From Camelus ferus (Eukaryota), in NCBI RefSeq assembly GCF_009834535.1, contig NC_045697.1:7938001-8002000 (forward strand): 64,000 nucleotides of DNA, read 5' to 3'. A program made the translations under genes and the position numbers. Positions 11,001 through 24,164 of this stretch are shown here, one piece after another (position 1 is the first letter of the stretch; each line of letters starts with the position of its first letter). The notes under the pieces are model-generated. The model had not been told where the DNA came from. It searched no databases and saw only the letters and a program-made list of their open reading frames with translations.

Positions 11001-14000
11001 ACGAAGTAGGGAGAGGAAACATAAAACAAGGTCACTTCCTTGTGATATGAATGGTTACAAAAATTATATGAGTAATAAATGGTGGCGCTGAGATCTCAGA
11101 CCTTTGTATTTTCTAAAATCAAGTCTCTAAACTTCAGCCTACTGCATTTTAACTGCTGCTTCTTGGGGAAAAGTGTGTGAAAGAAAAGTCCCTGATTTTT
11201 CCCCTATTTCAAGTAAACGTATCTTTTCTATCCTTTCCCAAATGTTTAAATGAATAATTTGTTGAATCTCAGTAGGCTCTTTTCATATAAACTCACAAAG
11301 CAGGAAGAAAAGAGAACTTGGGTAAGACCATGTATTCAGATCTGAGTTTCAAACTATATGAAAATTTAAAACATTTCCAATTAAGGAACAGATCATGTCA
11401 CCCAAAGATTATAGTTTTTAAAGTGCTCTACTTCTTTGCTTGCACAACCTTTAGACTTATAAATCTTTAGGGGAAAAATACATAAATGTATGCCATGAAA
11501 GACCAAAATAGTTAGGGTTGTCATATTTCTATTGATTTTTACCTTTTTCATTCCTCCAGACACTGTTACAGAGATGACCACTCGGCAGACAGTTCAGAAG
11601 ACCATTATGAATATCTTTGACTAAAAGAATGTTTAGAAACTGGATTTTATAAACACATTATCTGTACAATGTAATATATTTCATTAAGAACATTTTTTTA
11701 CTGTTGGTTTTCTCATACACTTAAAAAGTGAACTATTTATTTGGATCATTTGAAAAAATAGACTTAAAAAAACCACCATGGTTTAAAAATATATGTTCAC
11801 TTATGCTCTAAAATAAAGCTAATATGAATTTTGTGATGTAAGACAAAATTTGTAATTCATAATTCATTTTAATTAGGTAAATTTAGAATCCGCATGCTTG
11901 CCATAATTAGCCAATAATGTGATTGAAAAAAATATTCAAGAGTCCCAGGTAGAGAATTATTTTATTCTTCAAAGACAAACATTAATGGAAAACCTGGAGA
12001 CAAGGTGGAAAAAACACTGCCTGCAACAGAAGGAGGCAGGGTTTCACCACAGGTTTTCACATCTGGTGTTGAGGAGACTCCTAAGAGCTTTGAATACTCT
12101 CACACCATCCCCTCACAGTTCTGGACATGTCAGCGTCATGATCTCTGAGGACCACCTGCAGGTAACACTTCCCTGAGTGTTTAGCATGAGCTTGGATATA
12201 GCAAAGGTCAAATTCCCATGAGCATCTGCAAACCTGTCCAGGATTTAAATCAGTCTCAAGTCCTGTCTGAGGTTCAGAGAGGCAACAGGATTTGATTTCC
12301 ATCTCAAGGCAAAAACATATGAACTAGGATTAAAGCTTGGGATTTCTGACTCCAAAATAAGGTCATTTCACTCTATCATTTTGTCCTTTTATATGTGAGA
12401 AAAGATCTACCTTTTATTACATGATTCTAATATTATAATAACAGAAACTTAAAAAAGTATCCATCATAATAATTCATCATAATTTCTCAAAGAATTAGTA
12501 CTATATTGATGTTACTTGCTCTTCAATGAGGTTGTTCTTTCCATAGCTTGCTGTGTGTGGTAGATCCCTCCGTCTGTTCTTTAAAAATAAAATACTGTCA
12601 CCTTCTTATCAGCACTAAGGGGTTGTCTGTCTGTGCCCCTGGGACAATCCTGATGCATCTTGGATCTTACGTAGGATTGTCCCAGAGGTGCTAAGAACAG
12701 CGTCTAAACTGCTTTCACCTCCATGGCTAGCCGTCATGGTCATGATCACCAAGACGGATTACCTTGTGCCTGCGTTGCTCTTATTCTTTAGATGAGTTCT
12801 CCATCTTGCTTTTCACTGAGCTGGGATAGAAGAAATATTTATTGAGAAAAATAGTGAAAAGAATATAGAAGTAATGAAAAAGGAACAAATGATTAGGAAC
12901 AGCTGTCCAAATCTCATTTTTCCTTCTCTCTGTCATCGTTTTGCTTATAAAATAAAAATAAATGTTAAAACTAGACTAACAAAATGTGCTGGAAGGAAAG
13001 GGAAAAAAATCAGCTGGGCAACAACTCATGGACTTTTTAACGTCAAATCTGGGTTTTGCTACTTATCAGCTATACGATATTGAATGGCTTACTTAACTTC
13101 TCTGAACCTGGTATATTTTTTTTTATCTTTAGGCATTATCATAAAAAAAAGTAAAAAGAAGGTAACTATAGCAGTGCATGGCATATAGCAAGGACATAAT
13201 GAATTGTAAGTCTCCACTTTTCATGAGAGGCTCTCAAACACACCTTCCATTATATTGTGGTTCAAAAGATCAGTGATATTCAGAAATGGTAAAGAAGTAG
13301 TCAAAACTCCTTTTTGTTGTTGGTCTGGACATCCAAATGAACTTCCCTTTGGACAGCATTAGATCAGTTTAATGTGCTTATGAAATGTCACAGAAGTACT
13401 ACCTTACCCAGCCTGGGGTGAAATAATTCATTCGTCTTTTGCTGTGGAAGCCACCCAGTCCTGGGAGAGCAGTGCTAAGAACTACAAATGTTCTGTATCC
13501 TTCTTCCCAGCCTGACTGGTTTTGACAATGCCAACCACGTTCAGACAGCATCACTGCTCTGCCAGCCACTCCAGTTCTCTCTTAAGGACGAAGCTGCACT
13601 CCTGTTCTACAGATGATGCTTTAGATAAAAGCAAGACCTATATTGAGAACATCTGACCCTCTCAAGCTAACAGTGAGCCAAGCATATATTAGTTATGAGT
13701 TTGTTTGCATTCTAGCCTAAAGGAAAGATCAGGAACTTTTCCCATACTCCATTCAGGTCGGTAAAAAGAATTGTGAGAACGATCAGGGCTAAAGTGAATA
13801 TCTTAAGATCTGCAAGCAGATAATCTTCTAGAAGATTTATTTTAAGAGAAAGGAGAGAAGGGAATATAAATATATCTGAGGAGAGAACAGTTTCTCTGCA
13901 TCCTCTGCCTTTCATCTCCCATTTTCATGGTGAGTGGAGAGACCTAGAGCTTTGCCCTTTTTGGAAGGCAGCTTCATAGCAATGAGATTAGCAGGACCTA

Positions 14001-14601
14001 GCAAGTAGGTCCAAGCAGGGGTCCACGGGAAAGAGGACAAGGGTCAGCTATTCCAGCCAGGGTCAGTACTAATCAGATGCTAAAGAGAATAAAAGGTCTA
14101 ACTCCTAAAGAGCGTAATTCCACTGCTCTCCAAGGAAAAGACAAAATAGAGATCTGAGCTGAAGGTTGAGCTCATAATAAAGAGTATGATTTTTTTTTCC
14201 ATTTTCCCATGCTTATGTCCTTAGAGAACCAAGAAATTCATGGTAAGTAGCTAATCAGGGATTTAGACTGTTGGCCATTAAAAAAATAAACCATGAAACA
14301 TTAGCCCTTTTATTTCTCTGCTAGAAGTCCTGTTTCCCATGTTTATAAAAGGAGATAACTGTGGATTTTTGAGAACACAGTTTCTCTAGTTTGATCCCAG
14401 CTCACCTTAAAGCTCATAAATAGAGGGATATAAAGGCCATCAGCTCTTCTTCATAAACTGAAACAGGTGTGGTGGATCAGATAATTGTTCAACCATGGCA
14501 GATTAAACACATAAATGATCTCTTCTAAAACCCTAGTAAAATGCAGTGAAAAGGCTTTTAAAAGGCATAAACCAAAAGGACAAAGACATGGAGAATGGAG
14601 A

Positions 14602-15010
14602 TGTATTCTAAGATCATGCTCCTTGAGCAGAGGTAGGGAAGACTGTGAGATGGAGATTCATGTGATGCAAAGTTTATTAGGGAGCGTGCTTGGGATTCAA
14701 ACCTATAAGGAGGTAAGTATTGGGCTAGGGAGAGATTAAACTGAGATTCTAATTGTAAATAAGGAACTCAGTTGATCCTGTGGGAACCCCTGGGGCTTAG
14801 AAGATCCCATAAATTGTGGTTGTAGGTTTTGCAACCACTCATTAACCGGTGATTAGATGCACGCTGCCACCAGAGACATGAACTTGGGTGAGCAGCTCTC
14901 TTGGGCTGAGGGAAGCTACTAGAGAAGGACTCAATCGTGAGCCTTCTGCATGTCAGGCAGATCTCTTGGGAGCTGGAGTAAAAACAGGTGTCTAGGTCCC
15001 CATTATCATG
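14602..15010 (-). mobile_element. ERVL solo LTR (LTR16 family)
   Basis: 'agactgtgagatggagattcatgtg...aagtttattagggagcgtgc...aacttgggtgagcagctctc'. Confidence 0.75.
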
Positions 15011-15149
15011 ATTCAGCAGATAAGAGTTGTGAACAGTATTTTGTAAGAAGAAAAGCTGAAGGATACATACTAGCTGCCTTAGAAGAGTGGAACCAGCAAA
15101 GCTGAGCCCTGACTACCCACTGACAGAAGTGCAACAAGCAACATGGCGG

Positions 15150-15503
15150 GTGCAGGAAGGCAAGGGTCTAAAAGTGAGGGCTTCTTATGTCTGCAGTAGA
15201 TAAGACCACGGTGCAGATCTGACCCCTGTGAAGGGAAGAGGGGAGGAAGTAGAGATGGGCACGAAGAACCTCATACCACGGTACAGATCTGACAAAGTTC
15301 CACTGACCCAAAGGGGAGCTCCCCAAAAAAGACTACCCATCTGAGGACCCCTGCTCTTGGGGAGATGGGGACAGTCACGTGCTCACTCATTGGCTGGAGA
15401 TGCCCGATGTCACAGTGATCACCATGTCACTGCAATCCCAGGGCAAGTCCATGTTCCTTCCCGCAGGCAGATCAGAGTTGCACATCTCCACGGTCACCAC
15501 TCA
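15150..15503 (-). mobile_element. Second LTR16-family fragment
   Basis: Internal repeat 'accacggtgcagatctgac'/'accacggtacagatctgac'; 'gtgctcactcattggctggag'. Confidence 0.65.
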
Positions 15504-16639
15504 TCAGAAGCTTGAATACAATGGAGAAATGCTTTCACATTCTGAGTGGAAGGAGTTTGCAGACCAGAATTCTGTTCTTTGTCAAACTATCAATCAAGAA
15601 TAAAGGTAAAAATAAAGACAGTCTCAAGTCCTTGAGATTTTAAAAAATAATAATTTTCTATACACTCTGGGAAAGTAATCTGGGAAGAAATTTCCCTAAA
15701 CAAGAGGGTAAACCTAGAAAGGGCAGTCGTGTGATCCAGGAAACAAGACATTCCACGTAAGACTATACTGAAGAATTTCCCATTTAAAGCAGCGCTAAAG
15801 AGAAATCAGTGAAAACTGGGGTAAGAAGATGGATCCCCTCCCCACCCCCCAAAACAAACAAAGGGAAAAATGAAAAGAAGCTCTATGTGTCTGTCCCTTT
15901 TTAAAATAGTTTCACACCTCCGTTAGCTATTTGCGAAGAGAACAATTAAGGATGAATACATAGACACTCAAGCCAAAATAATCAAGGTAATTTGTAAGAT
16001 GAGCAAATGAACAGTATCATGCAAGGGAGGAAGTGATTCTTCATAGCACACAGCAGTACACAGCAGGGTCACCTTTGAACAACATTCACGCGATCATAAT
16101 TTATATGCACCGAATAGTGACTTAGGTAATTGTTAGAGAACCACTTTTCTATATACAGGGGTGGCAAAATATAATGAGAACTGATGGAGAAAGAGGGGTA
16201 AAGTTTTATCTTTCATAACAAGAAGTCAATAGATGGTGGGTCAACATGAAAAAGAAACAAGCACAGCCTAGAGACAGTATTTAGAAATACCAGAAGGAAA
16301 TACTATTACAATTAGAAGCAATTTGGGGGGTGGGGGTTGGAAGTGGAGTGCTAAAGACTTTTAGTGTGACTTGACTTTGTCAAATTTGGTGTGTATAGCA
16401 CCTTTCAGAAGTAAACTACTCAGCAAAACAACACAAGAAAAGAAGTCATGAATACCAGCCCGGCCACTACGCCATGGGCTTGGGCGGGAAGAGAGGTTAG
16501 TCCTGCTCTCAAACGACTTCAGTGTGGCTTTGACAATAATGTCACCTTACCCTTGTACCACGTTGCAGATGGCAGAACTCTTGCTTGCATGTCGTGAGGT
16601 GCGCGCATGCCCCACATCCCTCTCCTCTGTGAAGTTTCT

Positions 16640-16997
16640 TTATTGATCGCTCTTCACTCTGTGCAATGTCCTTCAACTCTTCACTCCCCGGCAAACTCCT
16701 ACTCATTTCTCAAGATGATGCTAAAAAATCATCCTTTCTGTAAAACCTTTTCCATAACCCTCCCTCTCACAGGAGAACTAATTACTCCCCCATTTAAGCC
16801 TCCCATAGCATATAGCCTGTAGCTTTATCATGGCACCCCCACCCTCTGGAGCCATTAGTTACCTGTTTGGCCCTCCTGATGAACTGTGAGCCACTTCTCT
16901 TGCAGTAGGGACATGTTTTATTCATGTTGCATCCTTGCTTTCTTTTACTGAATCAAGCACATACAAAGCCAAGCCTCAATTCATATCTGCTAAATTC
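16640..16997 (+). mobile_element. L2 3' end
   Basis: 'ggcaaactcctactcatttctcaaga...aactgtgagc...gtagggacatgttttattcat'. Confidence 0.75.
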
Positions 16998-17019
16998 ATT
17001 ACATAGAGCACCGCTGCGT

Positions 17020-17125
17020 ATCAGAGAAGGTAGGGCAGCTATCATTAGCTTCCTTTGGCAGGTGAGGAAATTGAGTCTCAGGTTGACTGAGCACCTTGCC
17101 CAAGGTCACAGAGTTAGCAGCTGCG
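17020..17125 (-). mobile_element. MIR core
   Basis: 'caggtgaggaaattgagtctcag...cttgcccaaggtcacagagttag'. Confidence 0.85.
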
Positions 17126-17699
17126 AGGTACCTTTGGTCTTTGACAAAGTTCATCCCTCATGCCCATATAGTACAGAGGAGGGTTATTTATTACAAAGAT
17201 AATCATGATCTTCCTTCCAAGTCCCTTGGTACACCCATTAGGCAGAGAATCAGGGTTCAGTTAAGCAAAGGGACTGGCCCAGCGTGGCCTCTGGTCTATT
17301 CCTGGTGGTTAGCACCCCGTTGTAGAGTTGGCCCCGAGGAGCCTTGGGGCTCTTCAGAGATAGTGACTCTTGCTTCCTCCTACCAAGTCCCACTGGGCTT
17401 CCAGCCTAGAACAAGCTCTACCTACTTTTAGAGGCCCCAGGCTCAAGATTGACAAGTGAACGGTAATGAGAATCTCTGGCAATGGTTTTCTTGGGAAGGG
17501 AAGAGCCACAAGGGCACAGAGTAAAGAAACGCTAAGGAAAAAAAAATCATGGGTGTTAATAAGGAACACACTATACATCATGACATGGCAATAACAACTC
17601 CACTCACAGACTATCTGGGTTTTTGCAAGCTCTCTCTTTAAGCGCAGTAAAGCTCCTTTATAAAACACAGAGCTTTAAACAGAGCACATACTTTGAAAA

Positions 17700-18115
17700 A
17701 TAAAGTTTCCTCCGAGCAGGTGTGATTGCAGCTGCTCAAGGGCTAACACTCCATAAATGTTAAAGGGATGATTAGAGGCTCAGTAAGAGGAGCAATGAAA
17801 AGATTTTTCCAAATACCTATTTAAATCTGCAACTAGGTCGCATGTCCATGCCGGACACTTCATGCCAATTCATCCCAAATGGCTTTGATTTGATTGGTAT
17901 CAATAGCGCTGTGTCTCCTGAGCAACAGAAACTGGAGCAATGTGTTCTTGGAAAAATATTGTCCGAAGAGAACTTGCTTTGAAGACATTTCTTCATTGTC
18001 TGTCATTCTGACTAGAATGCAAAATTCTCGAGATACCACTGACATGGTCTTCCCCCTTTCCATTAGCAGTAAAAGTGCTCGGTACTCTTTCTCCATACGT
18101 TAACCACCCATGGAG
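17700..18115 (-). mobile_element. Putative decayed, internally deleted Tc1-like transposase relic
   Basis: Minus-strand translation gives an HTH-like LTYGER/RALLLLMERGKTMSVVSREFCI, then QYFSKNTLLQFLLLRRHSAIDTNQIKAIWDELA*SVR, similar to Tc1 W..QSPDLNPIE..WDEL.RRVR. Confidence 0.45.
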
Positions 18116-18240
18116 TTCCCGGGACAGCTTAATTGGAGAAGAGAGGACTGATGCCGTGAACAGTGCACAAAAGTGCCTTGTTAGGTTACTTGCAGAATAA
18201 ATCTAATTTAAGAGATCGGTCCCTAGACTATTCTGTAAGA

Positions 18241-18267
18241 GTGTGTGTGTGTGTGTGTGTGTGTGTG
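18241..18267 (+). repeat. (GT)n microsatellite
   Basis: About 13 GT units. Confidence 0.95.
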
Positions 18268-18499
18268 AGCGAGTGAGTGCACGTGCATTATAGTGGCACT
18301 TGGTCTATAAATTATTTAAAATACATATTGTATAACAATTACAACTTTTCATGAAGTGTGTGTATATTCGGGGCCAAGGGGGATGTTAAGACCAGAGATA
18401 GCAATGTGGGAGTCTTCAGCATGTACAGAAGCATTAGCATATGATGGAGGTAATACACAAGTATATTCGTGCTGTTAAATGGCTAAATTTCACAGATTT

Positions 18500-19520
18500 A
18501 ACACAGTGAAACATTGAAGTCCACTTTCCAAATATTCTCTCTTATTCCTTCCAATATTCAGTTCCCTTCCTTGATGTAAGAGAATCATGCATGTTTGTCA
18601 CTTATCCTTCCAGCCCCATTTCTAAGTATTAATTGATAATATAAAGCAATGTATCAATTTAACTTTTTATAGTATAACATGTTTTCCTTTATTTTTTTCG
18701 GTATATATTTTATGTATTGCAAGTAATTTTTGTATTTATCCAAACTTTTTGTATTTATCCAACTTTTCTACCAAACGTAGATAACCATAGCATTTCTCAT
18801 ATTATGCAACATTTTGCAAAAAAAGTATATTTTAAGCACTTTGGCATGTGGTATACCTAAATTTGGATATTTGTATTGTTATAAAATCTTTGCTATTACA
18901 AAAATGTTGAGATGTTGGCATCAATATGTATCTATATTTCAGATTAGCTTTTAGGCATTGATTTGAAAAAAAAATTAAGGCTTTGTTGACATAGAGATAA
19001 ATTGCTCTTCAGACAGAATGCAACAATTTATATTTTTATTGATATTTACGTGAGTGGCCATCTTCTTTATCTTTATTACCATAGAGAATCATGATTTTTA
19101 ATCTTTGATCAGTTGATTAATAAATAATATTTCTTTTGATAAAACCCTTTAATACATTTCCTTTATTAGTGCCAAGGCTGAACATTTTGGGTTAATTAGG
19201 CATTTGAATTTTTTTAATTTTCCAGATTAAAATTGCTAATGTCATTTACCCATTTTTCTTTACGTACTTTGCAATCCCTCTGACTAACTCCTTGTTACCA
19301 CACATCCACTCCTGCCCGGGGGGCGGCTGCTCAGCTTTTTGTCACCATAGACTGGTTTTCATTTCCTTTGAATTATATAAATTGAATTCTACAGTATATT
19401 TTCTTTCTCAGTATGGCTTCCATTACTCAATTATTTTGAGATTCCTTCATGTTTTAGGGTATATCAATAGTTATTCCTATTTATTACTGAATAGTTTTCA
19501 AATTATATGGACTACTAAGG
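18500..19520 (-). mobile_element. Old L1 (L1ME/L1MC-like) 3' fragments
   Basis: Antisense L1 3'-UTR motifs 'aaattgctcttcaga', 'catttcctttattagtgccaaggctgaacattt' and 'ttattttgagattccttcatgtt'. Confidence 0.65.
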
Positions 19521-19774
19521 GACACTGTTTTTTTTTTTTTTTTTTGCCTTCTCCATGTTGATTATATTGCGATGCTTAAATGAAATTGTATCATCATTCT
19601 CATATACAAATCACAGGCTCAAAATGAAGATATACATCTTTACCAAATAAGTACAAATAATTAAAAGTCTGTTTCTGGAATTGGGAGTTTCCCTCATAAA
19701 AAGATAATCTCTGTCTCATATACTTGAGTACTTTTAGAATTAGAAATATTCCATTCTCATCTTCACTTCTTAAT

Positions 19775-19965
19775 AGACGTTTTGGGTTGTTTCCAGTTTG
19801 GGGCTACTATAAATAAAACTGCTATTCACATACAAGTCTCACTTGGCATGATCAATCTTTTTTTTTTTTTTTTTCATTTTCATGTAACCATCTTGGTATG
19901 TGTGTAGTGAGACATCACTGTAAGTTTAATTTGCATTTCCTAATGACTGGTGACATTGGGCCTTC

Positions 19966-19997
<32 letters not shown>

Positions 19998-21470
19998 CGA
20001 ATGTAAGTCCTTTAACAGAGAGATGCTTTGCAAACATTTTTCTCCCAGTCTGTGACTTGCCCCCTCATTCTCCGAAGTGTCTTTTGAAGAACAGAATTTC
20101 ATGATGTTTACTAAGTCTAATTTATTAATTTGTTCTTTTATGGGTCATACTTTTGATGTTGTAACTAAAAAATATTTGCCTAATTCAAAATCACAGTAGT
20201 TTTCCCCTAGAAGATTTAAAGCTCAAGGTTTTGCATTTAGATATATGATGTATTTAATTTTTGCATATGATATAAAGTACGTATTGAAATTTCACTTTGC
20301 TGCACATGAACATACAACTAGTCTAGCACTATTTGCAGAAAAGCTACCCTTTCTCCATTGAATTACTTTCTCATCTTTATCAAAAATCAGTATCCATATA
20401 TGAAAATGCTATTTCTAAATTCTCTAATCTGCTCCACCGAAAACATGATGATTTTCTAGATTGCTGTAACATTAAAATAATATGTGAAATAGTGTAGTCT
20501 TACACTTCCAACTGTGATCTTCTTTTTCAAGATCGTTTTGATCATTCTAGGACTTTCATATTTCCATACGCATTTTAGCATCGCCTTGTCAATTCGTTGA
20601 AAAAACAGTTCTGCCAGGATTTTTATTATGGTTGCATTGAATCAATAGATTAATTTGGGAAGAACTGACATCTTAACAACATTGAGTCTACTGACCAATG
20701 AGCAGGGCATATTTTTCCAGTTATGTAAATCTTCTTTAATTTATCTTAATAATAGTCTGCTGTCAGAGTGTGTTCTATAAATATTAATTAGATCAAGCTG
20801 GCTGATTATTCTCTTTAAATCTTTGATACAGTTAGAGATTTCCTGTCTACTTGTAATGTCAGTTACTGAGAGAGAAGTATTGAAATCTCTGACTTTAACT
20901 ATGGATTTAACTATTTCTCCTTTAATTTTATTACTGTTACTTTTGTGTGTATTAGGGTCCTGTTATTAGATACATAAACATTTAGGATTGTTACGTTCTC
21001 CTATTGAACTTACCCCATTATCATTATGAAATGACTTTGTTACCCTGCATTATTCTTTGCTGTGAACTCCTCCTCCAGAGCAAAGAATATAATTTTTCAT
21101 CCTTTTACTTTTAACTTGTTTGGTCCTTTATACTAAAAGTTGTTTTCTTGGGCAGCATGTAGTTGGGCTGTCCTTTATATCCAAACTGAGATAATTGATT
21201 TAATTGAAATAATTGTGTAATTTAGACTAATTACATATAGTGTAATTATTGATTTGGTTAGGTTTAAATGTATTCTTTTGATATTTGCTTTCTGTTTATC
21301 CCATCCTTTCTCTGTTCACTTTCTCCTATTTTTCTACTTTATTTTTTATTAAATCAGTAACTGGTGTAATTCAGTTTTACCTATGTTGATTTATTAACTA
21401 TAACCCTCTTTTAATTTTTATGATTTTATTTAGGTTTGCATCTTTTACATATTACCTTCTACACATAATT
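19775..21470 (-). mobile_element. L1M LINE (ORF2/3' region, internally deleted)
   Basis: 'gggttgtttccagtttggggctactataaataaaactgct', 'gttgcattgaatcaatagattaatttgggaagaactgacatcttaacaacattgagtct' and 'gttactgagagagaagtattgaaatctc'. Confidence 0.85.
19968..19997 (+). repeat. (AT)n microsatellite within L1
   Basis: About 15 AT units. Confidence 0.95.
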
Positions 21471-21524
21471 TTATGGACAAGGAACCTGGGTGGGGTTCAG
21501 ATAAATATGTGAAAATAATTGTTA

Positions 21525-21695
21525 CATTACCAAGTATAGACTAGCCAAGTTACTTTCAGTAAGTACCTTTCTGAGCCTCAGTTTCCTCATTGAAAAGTGA
21601 TAATAACATGTGACTTACAAATTTGTTTTAAGAACAATGATGCTACATATATGAAACTTCCAAGCAACATACTTTATGCATAATATATTGCTAAA
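21525..21695 (+). mobile_element. MIR SINE
   Basis: 'ctttctgagcctcagtttcctcattgaaaagtgataataaca'. Confidence 0.8.
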
Positions 21696-21989
21696 ACATA
21701 GTTGAAAAGTGATTTTCCTGTTGTCATTGACAATAATCATTCAACTTCCATTATATTTGAATTAACCATTCAATATATATTTTTATATATGATATAGTAT
21801 ATATTTCAGTTAGCAAAAATAAATAAATAGATAGATAGATAGATAAACAGAAGACAGAAAATAAAGTGAAAAGATACATAATATAAACATCTTTCTATAA
21901 ATTCCAGAAAGCAAATATCATAGTATGGTTCACTGTATAGAAGACAGCTGCTCACCTTCCTTAAGAGCTTGAGTTAATAAAACAAAAAT

Positions 21990-22260
21990 CAACATACATT
22001 GAGTGCTTTCTATAACCAGGCAGTATTTTAAGATTTTTACTTGTCTCATGCTATTTCATATTTACAATCCATTTTTTTAACATTTTTTATTGACTTATAA
22101 TCATTTTACATGTTGTGTCAAATTCCAGTGTAGAGCACAATTTTTCTACAATCCATTTATGAAGTTAAATACTGTCATTACTAATTTGCAGATGAGATTA
22201 CTGAGGATGGGTGTACTGAATAGGTGAGTTATGACTTGAATACAAATTTGGGGGACTGCA
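21990..22260 (-). mobile_element. MIR SINE hosting a short L1 insertion
   Basis: 'aacatacattgagtgctttctataaccaggcagtattttaag' ... 'aatttgcagatgagattactgagg'. Confidence 0.7.
22075..22146 (-). mobile_element. Young, severely 5'-truncated L1 3' end (72 bp) with perfect 12-bp TSD
   Basis: 'ttttttattgacttataatcattttacatgttgtgtcaaattccagtgtagagcacaa'; TSD tacaatccattt at 22063-22074 and 22147-22158. Confidence 0.85.
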
Positions 22261-23129
22261 ACAAGCACGTGCTCATTCAGTGTTATACTCAAATTTCAAC
22301 AATAGTAACAACAACAACAACAAAAAGAATGCTGACCCTTACAAATATGCTGAGTGCACACTAGACATCTTATGTTTTCCATAAATATTTTATATCTACA
22401 TGTACATAACCTCAGAATCATCAGGGTTATGGGCAATGTTTCTCTGGTATTATGCTTTGAAAGCAACTTTCAGATTGAGCAGTTATTAAAAATAATGTAT
22501 GCATTCTTCCAATAGGGAAGACTGAACTCGATGACATATGCTCATATCATGAACTGATGAGACTCCTTGGTGTATTTTTGTTAATTCTTTTTCTAATATC
22601 CTCCTTTCCTCTTCGAGTAAGAATCATAGGAGTAAAAACAGAGGAGAGGTTTACACTTTAAAGACAAATCATGGAAAGCATCACAGAACTTACAGTTGAG
22701 ATGGGTCTTAAAATAAGACTAATATTTTCCCAATCGAGTTCAGAAAATATTTATTGCTATGCTCTAAGAGCTGGGACAAAGTAGGATAGAGTGATCGCTA
22801 TTTGCACAAAAAACTAAATGAAAAGAGACACTAAATATAGTAGGCAAAAGAGCCTACGATAGACTATGACAGATTCTTGAACAGCTTTTGTAAAATTTGA
22901 ATCTGGAGAATATAAATTACATTAAGGTATAGTATTAAATTGGGGGTATTTTTTTGCTATATGTGTGTCATAATGAGTTGTGATAAAATCTAACTCTCTT
23001 TTTTTGACACTAGACCAATGAGTTTATCTAGGAAGTTAAACCATTATTATCACCTACAGCCAGAATTCATGGAGGATCTTTTCTATCAAGTAGGTTTTGG
23101 TTTTTACATCTGTTCATTCCAGGGCATTT

Positions 23130-23246
23130 AAAGATGTGAGTCCCTTGGGAGCAGAGACCATGCTTTTCAACACAGTACACTCAGTGCCTAGCAGGATTCC
23201 TGGCATAGAGTAGGAACTCAGTACATGTTTCTTGAAAAAATGAATA
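23130..23246 (+). mobile_element. L2 3' end
   Basis: 'gatgtgagtcccttgggagcagagacc...cagtgcctagca...cctggcatagagtaggaactcagtacatg'. Confidence 0.85.
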
Positions 23247-24164
23247 CATCTGAGCTTGCACTTAGCTCAATGCATTATATGATTTGCTTTCAACTCACTA
23301 ATCTAGTTCTAAGAATAAAAATCAGAAGAAGTTCTATGGGAAAGGTGCTATGCTAGGTACTAGAGTCCGCCAAAAATATATGAAGGACCTAGGTGTAAGA
23401 AAGAAAGTACAAGTAAATATTACAAGTAAAATGGAAAATAATTCAAGAAACAATAAGTGAGATTCCATACGGATATTGACTAAATTTCCTCTCCCACCCG
23501 ATTTGCATTATTTTAGCATTTACTGTAACTTCTTTGTGTTTAGTGATAAAAATAATACGTAATTGAGTTCCATAATCATATTCTACACAATCTAGTTACC
23601 TATTGAAAGTTTAATATCAATGAGTTGAATCTCCTTGGAAATTCAGCAGTTAGTGATTTATGCCATGAATGCTCTATAAATAAAAATGTATTTTGTTATA
23701 GATCATGAGAGAAAACTTAGCAAAAAAGAATATGAAATTCCAAATTTTTCTGTTGATATTTCCAGGAATGGCATGTAATGTTCTCTTGTTAATCTCAGTA
23801 AACATATAATTATCACAGCAAGTTAGAACAGAAGATGAAAACAAAGATGTAATTCTCCTTTACCATGTAAAATTGTCCTAACCATAACTGAGTGAAAGTC
23901 AGCACCTATATAACAGTTTCTTTACCTATAAACTTCAATTAATCCCTTTTCACCTAGCAGGCTTATCACTTCCCAGGCCAGGTGGAATAGTGACTTGATT
24001 TAAATTATTGGTCTGCTGGCCAGATAAGAAAGTAGGGGGAAGTCCTGAGGAAGGTGCATGCTGTTCTACACAGCAGAGCTCTCTGCCTTGGCTGTAAGCA
24101 AGCGGAGTGCTCTAGCCCTTAATGGGAAAAAGTGGGCTGCTTCTGTGGCTCAGAAGGTTCAGGA

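Larger units (their letters stand above)
14470..16390 (+). mobile_element. HAL1/L1 ORF1-like element interrupted by two LTR16-type insertions
   Basis: 15505-15650 resembles the L1 ORF1 C-terminus (QW..AF.IL...F.PRIL...KLSIK...KIKT); HAL1-like 5' sequence at 14470-14600 and 15010-15140. Confidence 0.6.

Noticed and set aside
16595..16612. NRF1-like GCGCATGC motif
   Set aside because: Partial, isolated match with no CpG island or promoter context.
18727..18762. Short tandem duplications (also about 10236-10260 and 45367-45406)
   Set aside because: Ordinary slippage duplications inside old repeats.
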